NCBI RefSeq assembly: GCF_009914755.1
Contig: NC_060927.1
DNA from: the human T2T-CHM13v2.0 reference genome, Homo sapiens
DNA: 64,000 nt
Reading direction: 5' to 3' (one strand)
The translations under genes were made by a program, and so were the position numbers. Positions 1-13,490 of the stretch are shown here, piece by piece (the first letter of the stretch is position 1; each line of letters begins with the position of its first letter). The notes under the pieces were generated by a model. That model was not told the DNA's origin. It saw nothing but the letters and a program-made list of their open reading frames with translations, and searched no databases.

Positions 1-595
1 AGGTACACAACTCCAATGACCTGGGAATCTCACCTCAATTCCCCACAGCAGCTTCAGCAAGACCCACCCAAGGAGAGTCTGAACTCAGACATGCCTAGGC
101 CCACCCCCACCTGATGGTCCTTCCCTACCCACCCAGGCAGCAGAAGACAAAGGGCATATAACCTTGAGTGTTCTAGGGCTGCACCCACTGCCAGTCTCTC
201 TCCACACTGCTACAGCTAATGCTTTCTGAAAAGCGCCACCTCCTGGCAGGAGGCCAACCAGCACAAAAATAGAGCATTAAACCACCAAAGCTAAAGACCC
301 TCATGGAGTCCATTGCACCATCGGCCACCTCCACTGGAACAGGAGCTTGTATCCATGGCTGAGAGAACCATAGACAGTTCAAATCACAGGACTCTGTGCA
401 GACAACCCCCTGCATCAGCCCAGAGCTGGGTAGACTCGCTGGGTGGCTAGACCCAGACAAATATCACTGCAGTTTGTCTCACAGGAAGCCACATCTATAG
501 GAAAAAGGGGAGAGTCAAGGGAACACCCTGTGGGACAAAAGAAACTGAACAAAAGGCTTCAGCCCTAGACCTTCCCTCTGAAAGAGCCTATCCAA

Positions 596-1610
596 ATGAG
601 AAGGAACCAGAAAACCAACCCAGGTAATATGATAAAACAAGGCCCTTCAACACCCCCCACTAAAATCATACTACTTCATCAACAATGGATCCAAACCAAG
701 AAGAAATCCCTGATTTACCTGAAAAACAATTCAGGTGGTTAGTTATTAAGCTAATCAGGGAAGGATCAGAGAAAGGCGAAGCCCAATGCAAGGAAATCCA
801 AAAAATGATACAAGAAATGAAGGGAGAAATATTCAAGGAAATAGATAGCTTAAAGAAAAAACAATAAAAAAATTCAGGAAACTTTAGTCACACTTTTAGA
901 AATGCAAAATGCTCTGGAAAGTCTCCGCAATAGAATTGAACAAACAGAAGAAAGAAATTCAGAGCCTGAGGACAAAGTCTTCAAATTAACCCAATCCAAC
1001 AAAGAAAAAAAATAAGAAAATATGAACAAAGCCTCCAAGAAGTCTGGGGTTATGTTAAATGATGAAACCTAAGAATAATCAGTGCTCCTGAGGAAGAAGA
1101 GAATTCTAAAAGCCTGGAAAACATATTGGGGGGAATAATTGAGGAAAACTTCCCCGGCCTTGCGACAGACCTAGACATCTAAATACAAAAAGCACAAAGA
1201 ACACCTGGTAAATTCATCGCAAAAGATCTTTGCCTAGGCACATTGTTATCAGGTTATCCAAAGTTAAGATGAAGGAAAGAATCTTAAGAGCTGTGAGACA
1301 GAAGATGCAGGTAACCTATAAAGGCAAACCTATCAGATTAACAGCAGATTTCTTTGCAGAAACCCTACAAGCTAGAAGGGATGGGGGACCTATCTTCAGC
1401 CTCCTCAAACATAATAATTATCAGCCAAGAATTTTGTATTCGGTGAAACTAAGCATCACATATGAAGGAAAGATACAGTCATTTTCAGACAAACAAATGC
1501 TGAGAGAATTTGCCATTACCAAGCCACCATTATAAGAACTGCTAAGAGGAGCTCTAAATCTTGAAACAAATCCTGGAAACACATCAAAACAGAACCTCGT
1601 TAAAGCATAA
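596..1610 (+). pseudogene. Disrupted L1 ORF1 (RNA-binding protein)
   Basis: ORF fragments 685-867 and 1230-1535 match L1 ORF1p coiled-coil/RRM/CTD regions; interrupted by stops and frameshifts. Boundaries approximate. Confidence 0.8.
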
Positions 1611-1700
1611 ATCACACAGGACCTGTAAGACAAAAATACAAGTGAAAAAGCAAAAACAAAAACCGAAAAACCCCAAAGTACACCAGCAACAAAGGGCACG

Positions 1701-4700
1701 TTGAAAGCAATGGTACCTCACATTTCAATACTAACATTTAATGTAAATGGCCTAAATGCTCCACTTGAAAGATACAGAAACACAGAGTGGATAAGAACTC
1801 ACCAACAAACTATCTGCTGCCTTCAGGAGACTCACCTAACACATAAGGACTCACATAAACTTAAAGTAAAGGGGTGGAAGAAGGCATTTCATGCACATGG
1901 ACACCAAAAGTGAGCAGAGGTAGCTATTCTTATATCAGATGAAATAAATTTTAAAGCAACAGTGATTAAAAGAGACAGAGAGGGACAATTACATAATGAT
2001 AAAAGGCTTTGTCCAACAGGAAAATATCACAATCCTAAATGTATATGCACCTAACAAACGTTGGATCTCCCAAATTTATAAAATGATTACTAGCAGACCT
2101 AAGAAATGAGATAGACAGCAACACAATAATAGTGGGGGACTTCAATACTCCACTGACAGCACTAGACAGGTCATCAAGAAAGTCAACAAAGAAACCATGG
2201 ATTTAAACTATACCTTGGAATAAATGGACTTAACAGATATATACGGAACAACCACAGAATACACATTCTATTCAACAGTGCATGGAACTTTCTCCAAGAT
2301 AGAGAATATGATAGGCCATAAAATGAGCCTCAATAAATGTAAGAAAATTGAAATTATATCAAGCACTCTCTCACACCACAGTGGAATAAAACTTGAAATC
2401 AACTCCAAAAGGAACCTTCAAAAACATGCAAATACATGGAAAGTAAATAACCTGCTCCTGAATGAGCATTGGGTCAGAAATGAAATCAAGATGGAAATTA
2501 AAAAATTATTTGATCTGAATGACAATAATGACACAACCTATCAAAACCTCTAAGCTACAGCAAAGGAGGTGTTAAGAGGAAAGTTCATAGCCCTAAATGC
2601 CTACATCAAAAAGTCTGAAAGAGCACAAACAGGCAATCTAAGGTCACACCTCAAGGAACTAGAGAAACAAGAACAAACCAAACCCAAACCCAGCAGAAGA
2701 AAGAAAATAACCCAGATCAGAGCAGAACTAAATGAAATTGGAACAAAAGAAAATACAAAAGATAAATGAAACAAAAAGCCGGTTCTTTGAAAACATAAAT
2801 AAAATTGATAGACTGTTAGCAAGGCTAACCAAGAAAAGAAGAGAGAAAATCCAAATAACCTTATTAAGAAATGAAACAGAAGATATTACAACTGACACTA
2901 CTGAAATACAAAAGATCATTCAAGGCTACTATGAACACCTTTATGCACATAAACTAGAAAACCTAGAATAGATAGATAAATTCTAGAAAAATACAACCCT
3001 CCTAGCTTAAATCAGGAAGAATTAGATACCTAGAACAGACCAGTAACAAGCAGCGAGATTGAAATGGTAACTTCAATATTACCAACAAAAAAAGTTAGAA
3101 CCAGATGGATTCACAGTAGAATTCTACCAGACATTCAAAGAATTGATACCAATCCTTTTGAACTGTTCCAGGAGAGAGAGAAAGAAGGAACCCTCCCTAT
3201 TCATTCTCTGAATCCAGCATCACCCCTAATAACAAAACCAGGAAAGAATATAACCAAAAAAGGAAACTACAGACCAATATCCTTGATGAACATAGATGCT
3301 AAAATCCTTAACAAAATACTAGCTAAGCAAAGCAAACAACATATCAAAAAGATAATCCACCATGATCAAGTGGATTTCACACCAGGGATGCAGGGATGGT
3401 TTAATGTATGCAAGTCAATAAATGTGATACATGACATAAACAGAATTAAAAACAAAAATCACGTGATTATCTCAATAGATGTAGAAAAAGTATTTGACAA
3501 AATCCAGCATCCTTTATGATTAAAACTCTCAGCAAAATCGACATACAAAGGACATACCTTAACGTAATAAAAGCCATCTATGACAAAACCACAGAAAACA
3601 TAATACTGAATGGGGAAAAGTTCAAAGCATTCCCTCTGAGAACTGGAACAAGACAAGGATGTCCACTCTCACCACTCCTCTTCAGCATAGTACTGGAAGT
3701 GCTAGCCAGAGCAATCAGACAAGAGAAAGAAATAAAAGGCATCCAAATTGATAAAGAGGCAGTCAAACTGTCATTGTTTTCTGATGATATGATGGTTTAC
3801 CTTGAGAACCCTAAGGACTCCTCCAGAAAGCTCCTAGAACTGATAAATGAATTGAGCAAAGTTTCCAGATACAAGATTAATGTACACAAATCAGTAGCTC
3901 TTCTACATATCAACAGCGACCAAGCAGAGAATCAAATCAAGAACTCAACCACTTTTACAATAGCTATTAAACAAAATACTTAGGAATATACCTAACAAAA
4001 GAATTGAAAGACCTCTGCAAGGAAAACTATGAAACACTGCTGAAAGAAATCACAGAGGACACAAACAAATGGAAACATATCCCATGCTCATGGATGGGTA
4101 GAATGAATATTGTGAAAATGACCATACTGCCAAAAGCAATCTACAAATTCAATGCACTCATCATCAAAATACCATCATTCTTCACAGAATTAGAAAAAAC
4201 AGTTCTAAAATCCATATGGAACCAAAAAAGAGCCCGCATAGCCAAAGCAAGACTAAGCAAAAAGAGGAAATCTGGAGGCATCACATTACCTGATTTCATA
4301 CTATACTATAAGGCCATAGTCACCAAAATAGCATGGTACTGGTATAAAAATAGGCACATAGACCAATGAAGCAGAATAGAGAACCCAGAAATAAACCCAA
4401 ATACTTACAGCCAACCAACTGATCTTCGACAAAGCAAACAAAAATGTAAAGTGGGGAAAGGACTTCCTTTTCAACAAATGATGCTGGGATAATTGGCTAG
4501 CTGCATGTAGGAGAATGAAACTGGATCCTCATCTCTCACCTTATACAAAAATCAACTCAAGATGGATTAAGGACTTAAACCTAAGACCTGAAAGTGTAAA
4601 AATTCTAGACGATAACATTGGAAAAACCCTTCTAGACATTGGCTTAGGCAAGGATTTCCTGACCAAGAACCCAAAAGCAAATGCAATAAAAACAAAGATA

Positions 4701-5500
4701 AATAGCTGGGACCCAATTAAACTAAAGAGCTTTTGCATGGCAAAAGGAACAGTCAGCAAAGTAAACAGACAACCCACAGAGTGGGAGAAAATCTTCACAA
4801 TCTATACATCTGACAAAAGACTAATAACAAGAATCTGCAATGAACTCAAACAAATCAGTAAGAAAAAAACAAACAATCCCACCAAAAAAGTGGGCTAAGG
4901 ACATGAATAGTCAATTCTCAAAAGAAGATGTACAAATGTCCAACAAACATATGAAAAAATGCTCAACATCACTAATGATCAGGGAAATGCAAATCAAAAT
5001 CACAATGTGATACCATCTTACTCCTGCAAGAATGGCCATAATCAAAAAATCAAAAAACAGTAGATGTTGGCGTGGATGCAGTGAACAGGGAACACTTCTA
5101 CACTGCTAGTGGGAATGTAAACTAGTAGAGCCACTATGGAAAACAGTGTGGAGATTCCTTAAAGAACTAAAAGTGGAACTACAGTTTGATCCAGCAATCC
5201 CACTACTGGGTGTCTATCCAGAGGAAAAGAAGTCATTATTCGAAAAAGATACTTGCACACTCATGTTTATAGAAGCACAATTCGCAATTGCAAAATCATG
5301 GAACCAACTCAAATGCCTATCAATCAAAGAGTGGATAAAGAAACTGTGGTATATATATATATATGATGGAATACTATGCAGCCATAAAAAGGAATGAATT
5401 AACAGCATTTGCAGTGACCTAGATGAGATTGGGGACTATTATTCTAAGTGAAGTAACTCAGGAATGGAAAACCAAACATCGTATGTTCTCACTGATATGT
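1701..5500 (+). pseudogene. Disrupted L1 ORF2 (endonuclease/reverse transcriptase)
   Basis: Successive ORF fragments from 1701 to 5397 are collinear with L1 ORF2p; RT catalytic FADD reads FSDD; multiple frameshifts. Confidence 0.88.
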
Positions 5501-5850
5501 GGGAGCTAAGCTATGAGGATGCAAAGGCGTAAGAATGATACAATGAACTTTGGGGACTTGAGGGGAAGAGTGGAAGAGGGACGAAGGATAAAAGACTACA
5601 AATATGCTGCAGTGTATACAGCTCGGAAGATGGGTGCATCAAAATCTCACAAATCACCACTAAAGAACTTATGCAACCAAATACCACCTGTACCCCCATA
5701 ACTTATGGGAAAAAAAATTCCAGGTGGTAGAATTTTGTTTTAAAAACTTTATATTGCTAGTTTTCATATTTATTATTAGAGAAAGTTGTCTATTAATAGT
5801 ATTTCTCTGCTTAAAAAATTATTGATGCTTTCTTGTGGCCTAATAGGTAA

Positions 5851-6151
<301 letters not shown>

Positions 6152-6464
6152 TGATCAAGTTTCATGACTGTTCCCTTCCGTGGTTTCCTAGAAGAAAGGT
6201 GAGTTTTCCCCCTCAAGGTGTGTAATTTGGTATAAAATGCATCAACAAGTTATTATGTTATTTAGGTCCTCTGTATCCTTCTTTATTCATTTTTGTTTAC
6301 TTGGAATTTCTTGGACTAAGAGTGATGAAGCCTCTTTCTACTAAAATATTTTTAATCTGTTTTTTCTTATAACTCTTGCAATTTTGTTTATGAATATTGA
6401 TATTGATGCATAAATATTCATAATTACCATTTTTAATTGTTATTTGTATACTTTAACACTCTAA

Positions 6465-6811
<347 letters not shown>

Positions 6812-6931
6812 TAAGAGAATGATCCCTCTCTTCACTTTTTTTCCTCCACTTATCTAGTACATATATGTTTGCCCACCATTTTACTTTCAAAGTTTTCGAC
6901 CCCTTTGTTTTAAGAGTCTCTTATATACAGT

Positions 6932-7169
6932 ATAAATGTCTGATGCAGGAAAACCTCACCTCATTCAAAAATGGGGTCGCCAAAAAGAACTGCAACTGTT
7001 TTTTACACTGTAAAAATTAATACTTAAAACTCAGAATCTAAGGAGTATTTTTGCTTGCCTAAAACTAAGGCCTGGCTCATCTTCAATATGAAACTCCCAT
7101 AAATATCTGATGCAGGAAAACCTCACCTCATTCAAAAATAGGGTCGCCAAAAAGAACTGCAACTGTTTT
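6932..7169. repeat. 71-bp direct repeat pair (6932-7002 and 7099-7169)
   Basis: ATAAAT(G/A)TCTGATGCAGGAAAACCTCACCTCATTCAAAAAT(G/A)GGGTCGCCAAAAAGAACTGCAACTGTTTT occurs twice with 2 mismatches and a 96-bp spacer. Confidence 0.95.
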
Positions 7170-7170
7170 C

Positions 7171-7724
7171 GATTTTACAGGCTTATAGGCGGAAGGGACT
7201 TGCCTTGTCTCAGATGAGACTTTGGACTTGGACCTTTGAGTTAATGCTGGAATGAGTTAAGATTCTGGGGGACTGTTGGGAAGGCATGATTTTGTTTTGA
7301 AATGTGAAAAGGACATGAGCTATGGGAAGGGTCAGGGGTGGAATGATATGGCTTGGGTCTGTGTCCCCACTCAAATCTCATGTTGAATTGTAATCCTCAG
7401 TGTTGGAGGAAGAGCCTCATAGGAGGTGATTGGATCATGGGGCAGACTTCCCCCTTGCTGTTCTTGAGATAGCGAGTTCTCACAAGATCTGGTTGTTTCA
7501 AAGCATGTAGCACTTCCTCCTTCATTTTCTCTCTCTCCTGCTCTGCCATGTGAAGTTGTGCCTGTTTTCCCTTCACCTTCTGCCATGATTGTAAGTTTCC
7601 TGAGGCTTCCCCAGCCATGCTTCCTGTACAGCCCATGGAACTATGAGTCAATTAAACCTCTTTTCTTCATCAGTAACTCAGTCTCAGGTAGTTCCTAATA
7701 TCAGTGCAACAACAGACTAATACA
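7171..7724 (+). mobile_element. MaLR (MST/THE1-type) internal 3' end (7171-7343) plus LTR (7344-7724)
   Basis: GGGACTTGCCTTGTCTCAGATGAGACTTTGGAC internal segment, polypurine GGGGTGGAA, then LTR TGATATGG...ATTAAACCTCTTTTC...CTAATACA. Confidence 0.88.
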
Positions 7725-8047
7725 GACAGGCTTATAAAAAATAAAAATTTATTCCCCACAGTTCTGCAGGCTGAAAGTCCAAGGTCAAGGCCCCAGCAAA
7801 TCTGGTGTCTGGAAAGGGCTCACTTCCTTGTTCATAGATGGCATCTTCTTGCTACATCCTCACATGGTGGAGGGGCAAATGAGCTCTCTGGACTCTCTTT
7901 TATAAGAGCACTAATCCCATTTATAAGGACTCTACCCTCATGACCTAATCACCTCCTAAAAGCCCCATCTCGTATCCTTACAGTGAGGATTAGGTTTCAG
8001 CATAACTTTGGGGGCGAGTGGGGGACAAAAACATATAAGCTATAGCA
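7725..8047 (-). mobile_element. MLT1A-type MaLR LTR fragment
   Basis: CACAGTTCTGCAGGCTGAAAGTCCAAGGTCAAGG...CTAATCCCATT...CATGACCTAATCACCTCC...TATAGCA, typical of reverse MLT1. Confidence 0.75.
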
Positions 8048-9424
8048 GTAGATATTTATCTTACTGCACATTTCCTGTTGAATATCTAGTATGGTGACTC
8101 TTCTCTGGCCTTTGTCCTAGCAGTGAGCACTTCTAGTCAGATAAGTGGTATTATCTCATAGCCTAGGTAAAGGATGTCTTTTTCCTGGGTTCCCTGTTCC
8201 CTGTGTGATGCATATTATCACATCTTTTATTGTCTCACTAGATCCCATCTCATTTGTGAGCCACCTAAAAATTCCCTGTTATCAGAAACACACTTGATGT
8301 ACGCTGAGTCTTTGCCCAACAGTGGACTTCAATGTTTCCTACCTTCTAGGAATGCCTGAAATGAAACCACACAGAGACACTTTACATGGTGATATTGGAA
8401 GCAAAGCCTTGCAATCTGCCTGTCCTGAAGAGATTGCTCCTTTGCAAAATTCTTTTTTGGCTGTTGATGGTAGTTCTCAGGAACTACCATTTCCCATTGG
8501 ATAGCGCCTTGCCTCACTGGGCATTGCTGCTGGTCTCCTGGGTGCCACAACTCCCACTGGGATTGGTGACCATGATGCAGTGGGGCTGTCATATGACAGA
8601 ACTCCTTGGCATTCTATGGGAGAGAACATCCCTCTCTTTTGGGTGTTGTATTTGGCCACTGGGCACCATGACCATGATATTGTGCCTCAGTGTTCCACAT
8701 GGTATCTAGCAAAATCGTTCTTTAATTTTCATTCTAGTTTCCATCCCAACCCTGTTCCCAGGACACATGACAAACAGCATGTTATACTCAGAATGGCCCC
8801 TTCCCATCTGATGTCACTGGGTTATCAAGTTCTTCTGCCCAAACTTCTCCCGTTTTTCATGCTCACTGCTTTTAATGAGCTCGTTTAGCCAATTCACTAT
8901 TTACCCAGAGATCTACTAACATAAGGTATAGATTCTGATACCAGGCCCCCATTTTTAGTTCATCAAGGCAACTGACTCCTTAGAGGTCACCTGGGAGAGG
9001 ATAATGTCCAGGTGTGTAGGCAAAGAGTTAAGGGGAGTGTTTGGCTGATTCATTCATTAATCAATCCCGTCTAGTTCTTCTGTAGTTTGGGGCAAACTTC
9101 TCTGTTTGGTGGGATGGTTCCTGAGCCCTCACTAACTTCGTAACTTCACCTTCTGCTAAAGGTGGCCATGGGCTGAGCTCTCTAGTGCTCAGCAGGATGA
9201 TGGCGTGGCTCTGACAAACAGAGCTTACTGCCTGGGAATAGGTGCTCAAATGAGATGGAGCTTGAAGAAGTCAGGCTAGGCAGAGGGTTTTGTTTTAATT
9301 TCATCCCAAAAGGTGACAGACGGTTGTGAGCTACTCTTCAATCCTCCACACATCCCTGTGACCCTCCTCAGGGTTGCCTCCTGCCTTGGCACTTACGGCA
9401 GATCCAGGTCTCAGGCAGACATGT

Positions 9425-10121
9425 TGTAACTACCCAAGGGGTTCACTTTGCCTGCTGCCTAGACAGAGCCAATTTCTCAAGACAGCGGAATTGCCATAGA
9501 GAAAGAGTAATTCACACAGAGCCAGCTGTGTGGGAGACTGGATTTTTATTATTACTCAAATCAGTCTCCTAGAACATTCAGGGAGGAGAGTTTTTAAGGA
9601 CAACTTGGGAGGTAAGGGGAAGCCAGTGAGCCAGGAGAGCTGATTGGTCAGGGATGAAATAATAGGCAGTCGAAACTGTCTTCTTGCACTGAGTCAGTTC
9701 CTTGATGGGGGCCACAAGATTGGATGAGCCAGTTTATTGATCAGGGTGGGGCCAGCTGATCCACCACGTGCAGGGTCTGCAAAATATCTCAAGCACTGAC
9801 CTTAGGAGCACTTTAGGGAGGGTCAGAATCTTGTAGCCTCCAGCTGCATGACTCCCAAACCATAATTTCTAATCTTGTGATTAATGTTAGTCCTACAAAG
9901 GCAGTCTGGTCCCCAGGCAAGAAGGAGATCTGCTTTGGGAAAGAGCTGTTATCATTTTTGTTTTAAACTACAAATTATAAACGAAGTTTCTCTCAAAGTT
10001 AGTTCAGCCTACAGCCAAGAATGAACAAGGACAGCTTGGAGGTTAGAAGCAAGATGGAGTCGAATCAGTTAAGTTAGATCTCTTTCACTGTCTCAGTCAT
10101 AATTTTGCAAAGGTGGCTTTG
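9425..10121 (-). mobile_element. LTR8 solo LTR (ERV1, MER4 group)
   Basis: Reverse complement begins like LTR8 (CCTTTGCAAAATTATGACTGAGACAGTGAAAGAGATCTAACTTAAC); near-matching 4-bp TSD ATGT/CTGT. Confidence 0.85.
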
Positions 10122-10679
10122 CTGTCAGTCTGGCAGCTTTATATCAGGGTGAGATCCATAGAACTACAGATTTCACTGTGAGTGGGAGCTCTGTACTGAG
10201 CTGCCTGGTTGTCACCAAAGCAAAGTTCCTTGCTTCTTTTTTCTCTTTCTTCTACATTATTCCTCTTCCTCCATTAAAAAAAAAAATTTCTTTTCTTCTT
10301 TGTCTCCCTTATCTCCATTTCTCTTTTCTTCTTTGTTTCTAAGAGTTCTGTATCTTCCCTTCTCTGTCTTTTTTCAATTCATTTGACACACATTAGCTGT
10401 ATCTATGTAACAGGGTGTGTATTAGGTGATGGGTATATAAAGGTGAGTAAGATGAGATCCTGTTTTCCTGTAACCTAGTTCATTGTTGGCATCAGAACTA
10501 CAACCCACAAAATAAAAAGAATCATTAAGAGAGTGTGGCATTTCAGGTGCTTTATGTACATTCTTGAGTTTAATTGTCCTAAAAAATTAGTAAAGTAAGC
10601 ATTTCATTTAATGGATGAGAAAAGTGAGGCTCAGACAGGGTCGCAATTAGACAGCGGGTGGACAAAGCCCCTGCATCTT

Positions 10680-11580
10680 GTTTCTAACCCAACCCTTTCT
10701 CATTTGCTCTTCTCTTTTTTCTGTTTGTTATTCCCATTCCGCTTCCTTCTTCTCCTTAACACCCACTCCTGTTATCTACACTTTTTCAAGCCCCTTTAGT
10801 TCATCAAGGCAACTGACTCCTAAGAGGTCCCTTGGGAGGGGATAATGTCCAGGTGTGTAGGTAGAGAGTTAAGGGAAGAAATTTTCCCTTTCAAATTCTC
10901 CCTCTGTGCTTCTGTTTCTCTAGCTTCCTGTTTCTCCCTGGCCTTTTGTCTCCACATTCTGAATTCTCTCCTCCTATTTCATGCTCTCTGCCCTTTTCTC
11001 TCTTTCTTTTCTCTTCCTTTCTCCCTTTGGTTCTTTCTGGTATTCTTAGACTGTCTTTTTTCTTCTCTCCTTTCTTCATTCCACTCTATCTCACTTATCT
11101 CAAGGACTCTCCCTCCCCCTTCCCCAAGTCTCTCTTTGTCTCTCAGTCTTTCTGACTCTGTCTCTTGCTTTCTTCTTTCTCCATTCCTGCCCTTCCTACC
11201 TCTGCTTCCCCTAGTGGCTTTCTTCTTGCTCTTCTGTTCCTTGCTCTTTCCACCCTGGCCAAGAAGGACAGTGAAGTTCTGTCCTTTCTTTTTTTTTTTT
11301 GCTCTCTCTCCCCTTTATTTCTTCCTATTGTTCTTGTTTCTGACTGTTCCTTGGCTTCTCTTCTTCTTTTTATTACTCTTTCTCCCTCTGTTTCTCCCTC
11401 TGAGTCTCTGCTTTATTTTTTCTAAAGATTCCCTCTTATTTGTGCTCCTTTTTTTGACCCTCCTTTCCTCCTTCCTTCCGTCTTCCCTTTTGCCCATTTA
11501 TCACTATTATATTTTCTTCCTTCCTCTCCATCCACTTTCCTCTCCCCGTTTTCCTTTCTTACTTTCTCCCCTGCTGTGAT
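10680..11580. repeat. Long CT-rich low-complexity tract (a second one at ~10225-10380)
   Basis: + strand is overwhelmingly C/T over ~900 bp. Confidence 0.85.
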
Positions 11581-12755
11581 CTGCCATCTCCTCCAGCCAC
11601 CCTAGCCAAAAAAACAGTGAAGTCCTGTAGCTGCTACCTCCTTCTTTTGGGCTTGTGGGTTTATGAAGCTGGGACATTTTTCCTGTTCCGGGGCCTCTCC
11701 CTCGGCTGCTCCCCTCTGGGCAGTGTTAATAGGTCCAGGCTTGCAGGGGGATGACCTTGGCTGTCATACTGACAATGCTGAGAGAGGCCAAAGAAGTCAG
11801 GACCCCACCCCCAGGGAGAGGGATCATCTTGAGGAGCATCCAGAGTGGGGCCTCCTTGCTGCATGAAGTCAGAGTCCATGTGGAGCAAACTGTTTTTCCC
11901 TTAACTCCTCCTCTCTCCTCCCTCACATGTGCAAAGGCACCCCCTTGAAAAATCCTGGTAATGGTGAATTTTATGAGGGAGCAGCTGCCATGGTCGTGCT
12001 CTCTCAGGCCTCTGAACTTTGAGTTACCCAGCTCTAATATTGATCAGGCAGCCTCAAAGAACCGTTTAGCTTGGCCTTATGTAGGCAACAAGAAGATTCG
12101 AGTCTGCTTGCATTCTCTTTGCAATGATTCCTGAATACTCTTGCTTATACCTCCTTCTAGGGAGTGACTATGTATGTGGTCAGTGAGTATTCTCCATTCC
12201 GAATGCATATTTAGCTGAGGCTGAGAGGAGGCCCTGTTGTGGGTAGGTCCTGTGCTGTGTATCCCACATTGCCCATGTCTCAGCTGAGGTGGTCTTCCTG
12301 ATATAGCTGCTTCTTGGGTTAGGTATCCATTAAGCCAGAAAAATTATGATTGCTAATGTGAGCCCATCAGGATGGGCACAGTGGCAAATTCTGGGACCAT
12401 ATGAGTAATCTACCTATGGCTGAGCCCGAACCTATAGCCAGTGCTTTCTCTGATAGGCTCTGTGCATGCTGCTAGCATTGTGTGATGCTGCACCTCTATC
12501 TAGATGAATGAAGGCTATAAGGGAAAGCCACAAGTGACTCCTGGAGTCAGAGTTGAGAGAGAAAAATTGTTTCTGGGAGAATCAGGAAAGCTTCTGGGAA
12601 AAGATGGCTTTTGAGCTAGCCCCTGAAAGTTGGATTTGCTTTAACAGTTAGAGATGGGGAGAGAAGCAGTGGAGGTCTCTTGGAGGTTTTGTTAAAGCTG
12701 GTCAGTAGATCCTAGGCTTTGCTGGGTAGGAAAATTCTGATCCATGAAATTAATA

Positions 12756-13066
12756 GGCCGGGCACAGTGGCTCATGCCTGTAATCCCAGCATTTTGAGAG
12801 GCTAAAATGGAAGGACCACTTGAGCCCAGAAATTCAAGACCAGCCTGGGCCACATAGGGAATATTTTGTATTTTGTCACTACAAAAATAATAAAAAATAT
12901 TAGCAGGCATGGTGGTGCACACCTGTGGTCCCAGCTTCTTGGGAGGCTGAGGTGGGAGGGTTGCCTGAATCCAGGAGGTTGATGCTGCAGTCAGCCATGA
13001 TCGTGCCGCTGCACTCTAACCTGGGCAACAGAGTGAGACCCCCTCTTAAAAAAAGAAAGAAAGAAC
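12756..13066 (+). mobile_element. Alu (AluJ-type)
   Basis: GGCCGGGCACAGTGGCTCA... dimer with A-rich tail; TSD GAAATTAATA at 12746-12755 and 13067-13076. Confidence 0.92.
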
Positions 13067-13264
13067 GAAATTAATAGGTGTGTAGTATGAAGTAGGGATG
13101 AAGTACCAAGGGAATTTCTGGGCTCATAACTTGAAGGTAGAAATCTGTAGGTGCTTGGAAGGTAGGAGTCCTGGGCGAGGTTGTGGCTTGTTTAGTCGCA
13201 ATGGGCTGCAGTGAGAATATGGTGATGTCAGAGTAAGATGCCAAGGTGTGGCTTGCCTATAGTC

Positions 13265-13490
13265 ATTAAAAGCGTGGGCTTCAGAGTCAGACCAGCCTAC
13301 GTAGCATTTTCGTGCTGTGTGGGTTTGGTCAAGTTCTCTTTGAGTTTGTTTCTTTATCCTTTAAGTGGCTATAACCATGGAATTTACCATGTAGGTAATT
13401 ATATTAAGATTAAATGAGATAATGCATATCAAGCACTTAGCATGGTGCTCGTACATAGCAGTTGCTCAATAAAGCCTGTCTAGCATTAAG
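13265..13490 (+). mobile_element. MIR
   Basis: GGGCTTCAGAGTCAGAC...AAGATTAAATGAGATAATGCATATCAAGCACTTAGCA...GCTCAATAAA. Confidence 0.75.

Larger units (their letters stand above)
1..5718 (+). mobile_element. Near full-length decayed LINE-1 (L1PB1-like); 5' UTR runs off the window start
   Basis: ORF1p fragments (RHIVIRLSKVKMKERILRA...YKGKPIRLTADF), ORF2p endonuclease ([23 protein letters not shown]), RT ([33 protein letters not shown] at 3777-3788) and C-terminal fragments in order. The 3' UTR resembles L1PB1 and ends in a short A tail near 5710-5717. Many stops and frameshifts. Confidence 0.93.

Noticed and set aside
173-460. Antisense ORF in the L1 5' UTR (ORF0-like position)
   Set aside because: TTG start, no recognisable ORF0 similarity, and ORF0 is known from younger L1PA families.
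6932-7169. Repeat-spacer-repeat resembling a CRISPR array
   Set aside because: Only two 71-bp copies in eukaryotic DNA, with no cas genes.
10845-11579. 244-aa hydrophobic ORF, the longest in the track
   Set aside because: Artefact of the CT-rich tract: A-poor DNA lacks stop codons and yields F/L/S/P runs; no domain is evident.
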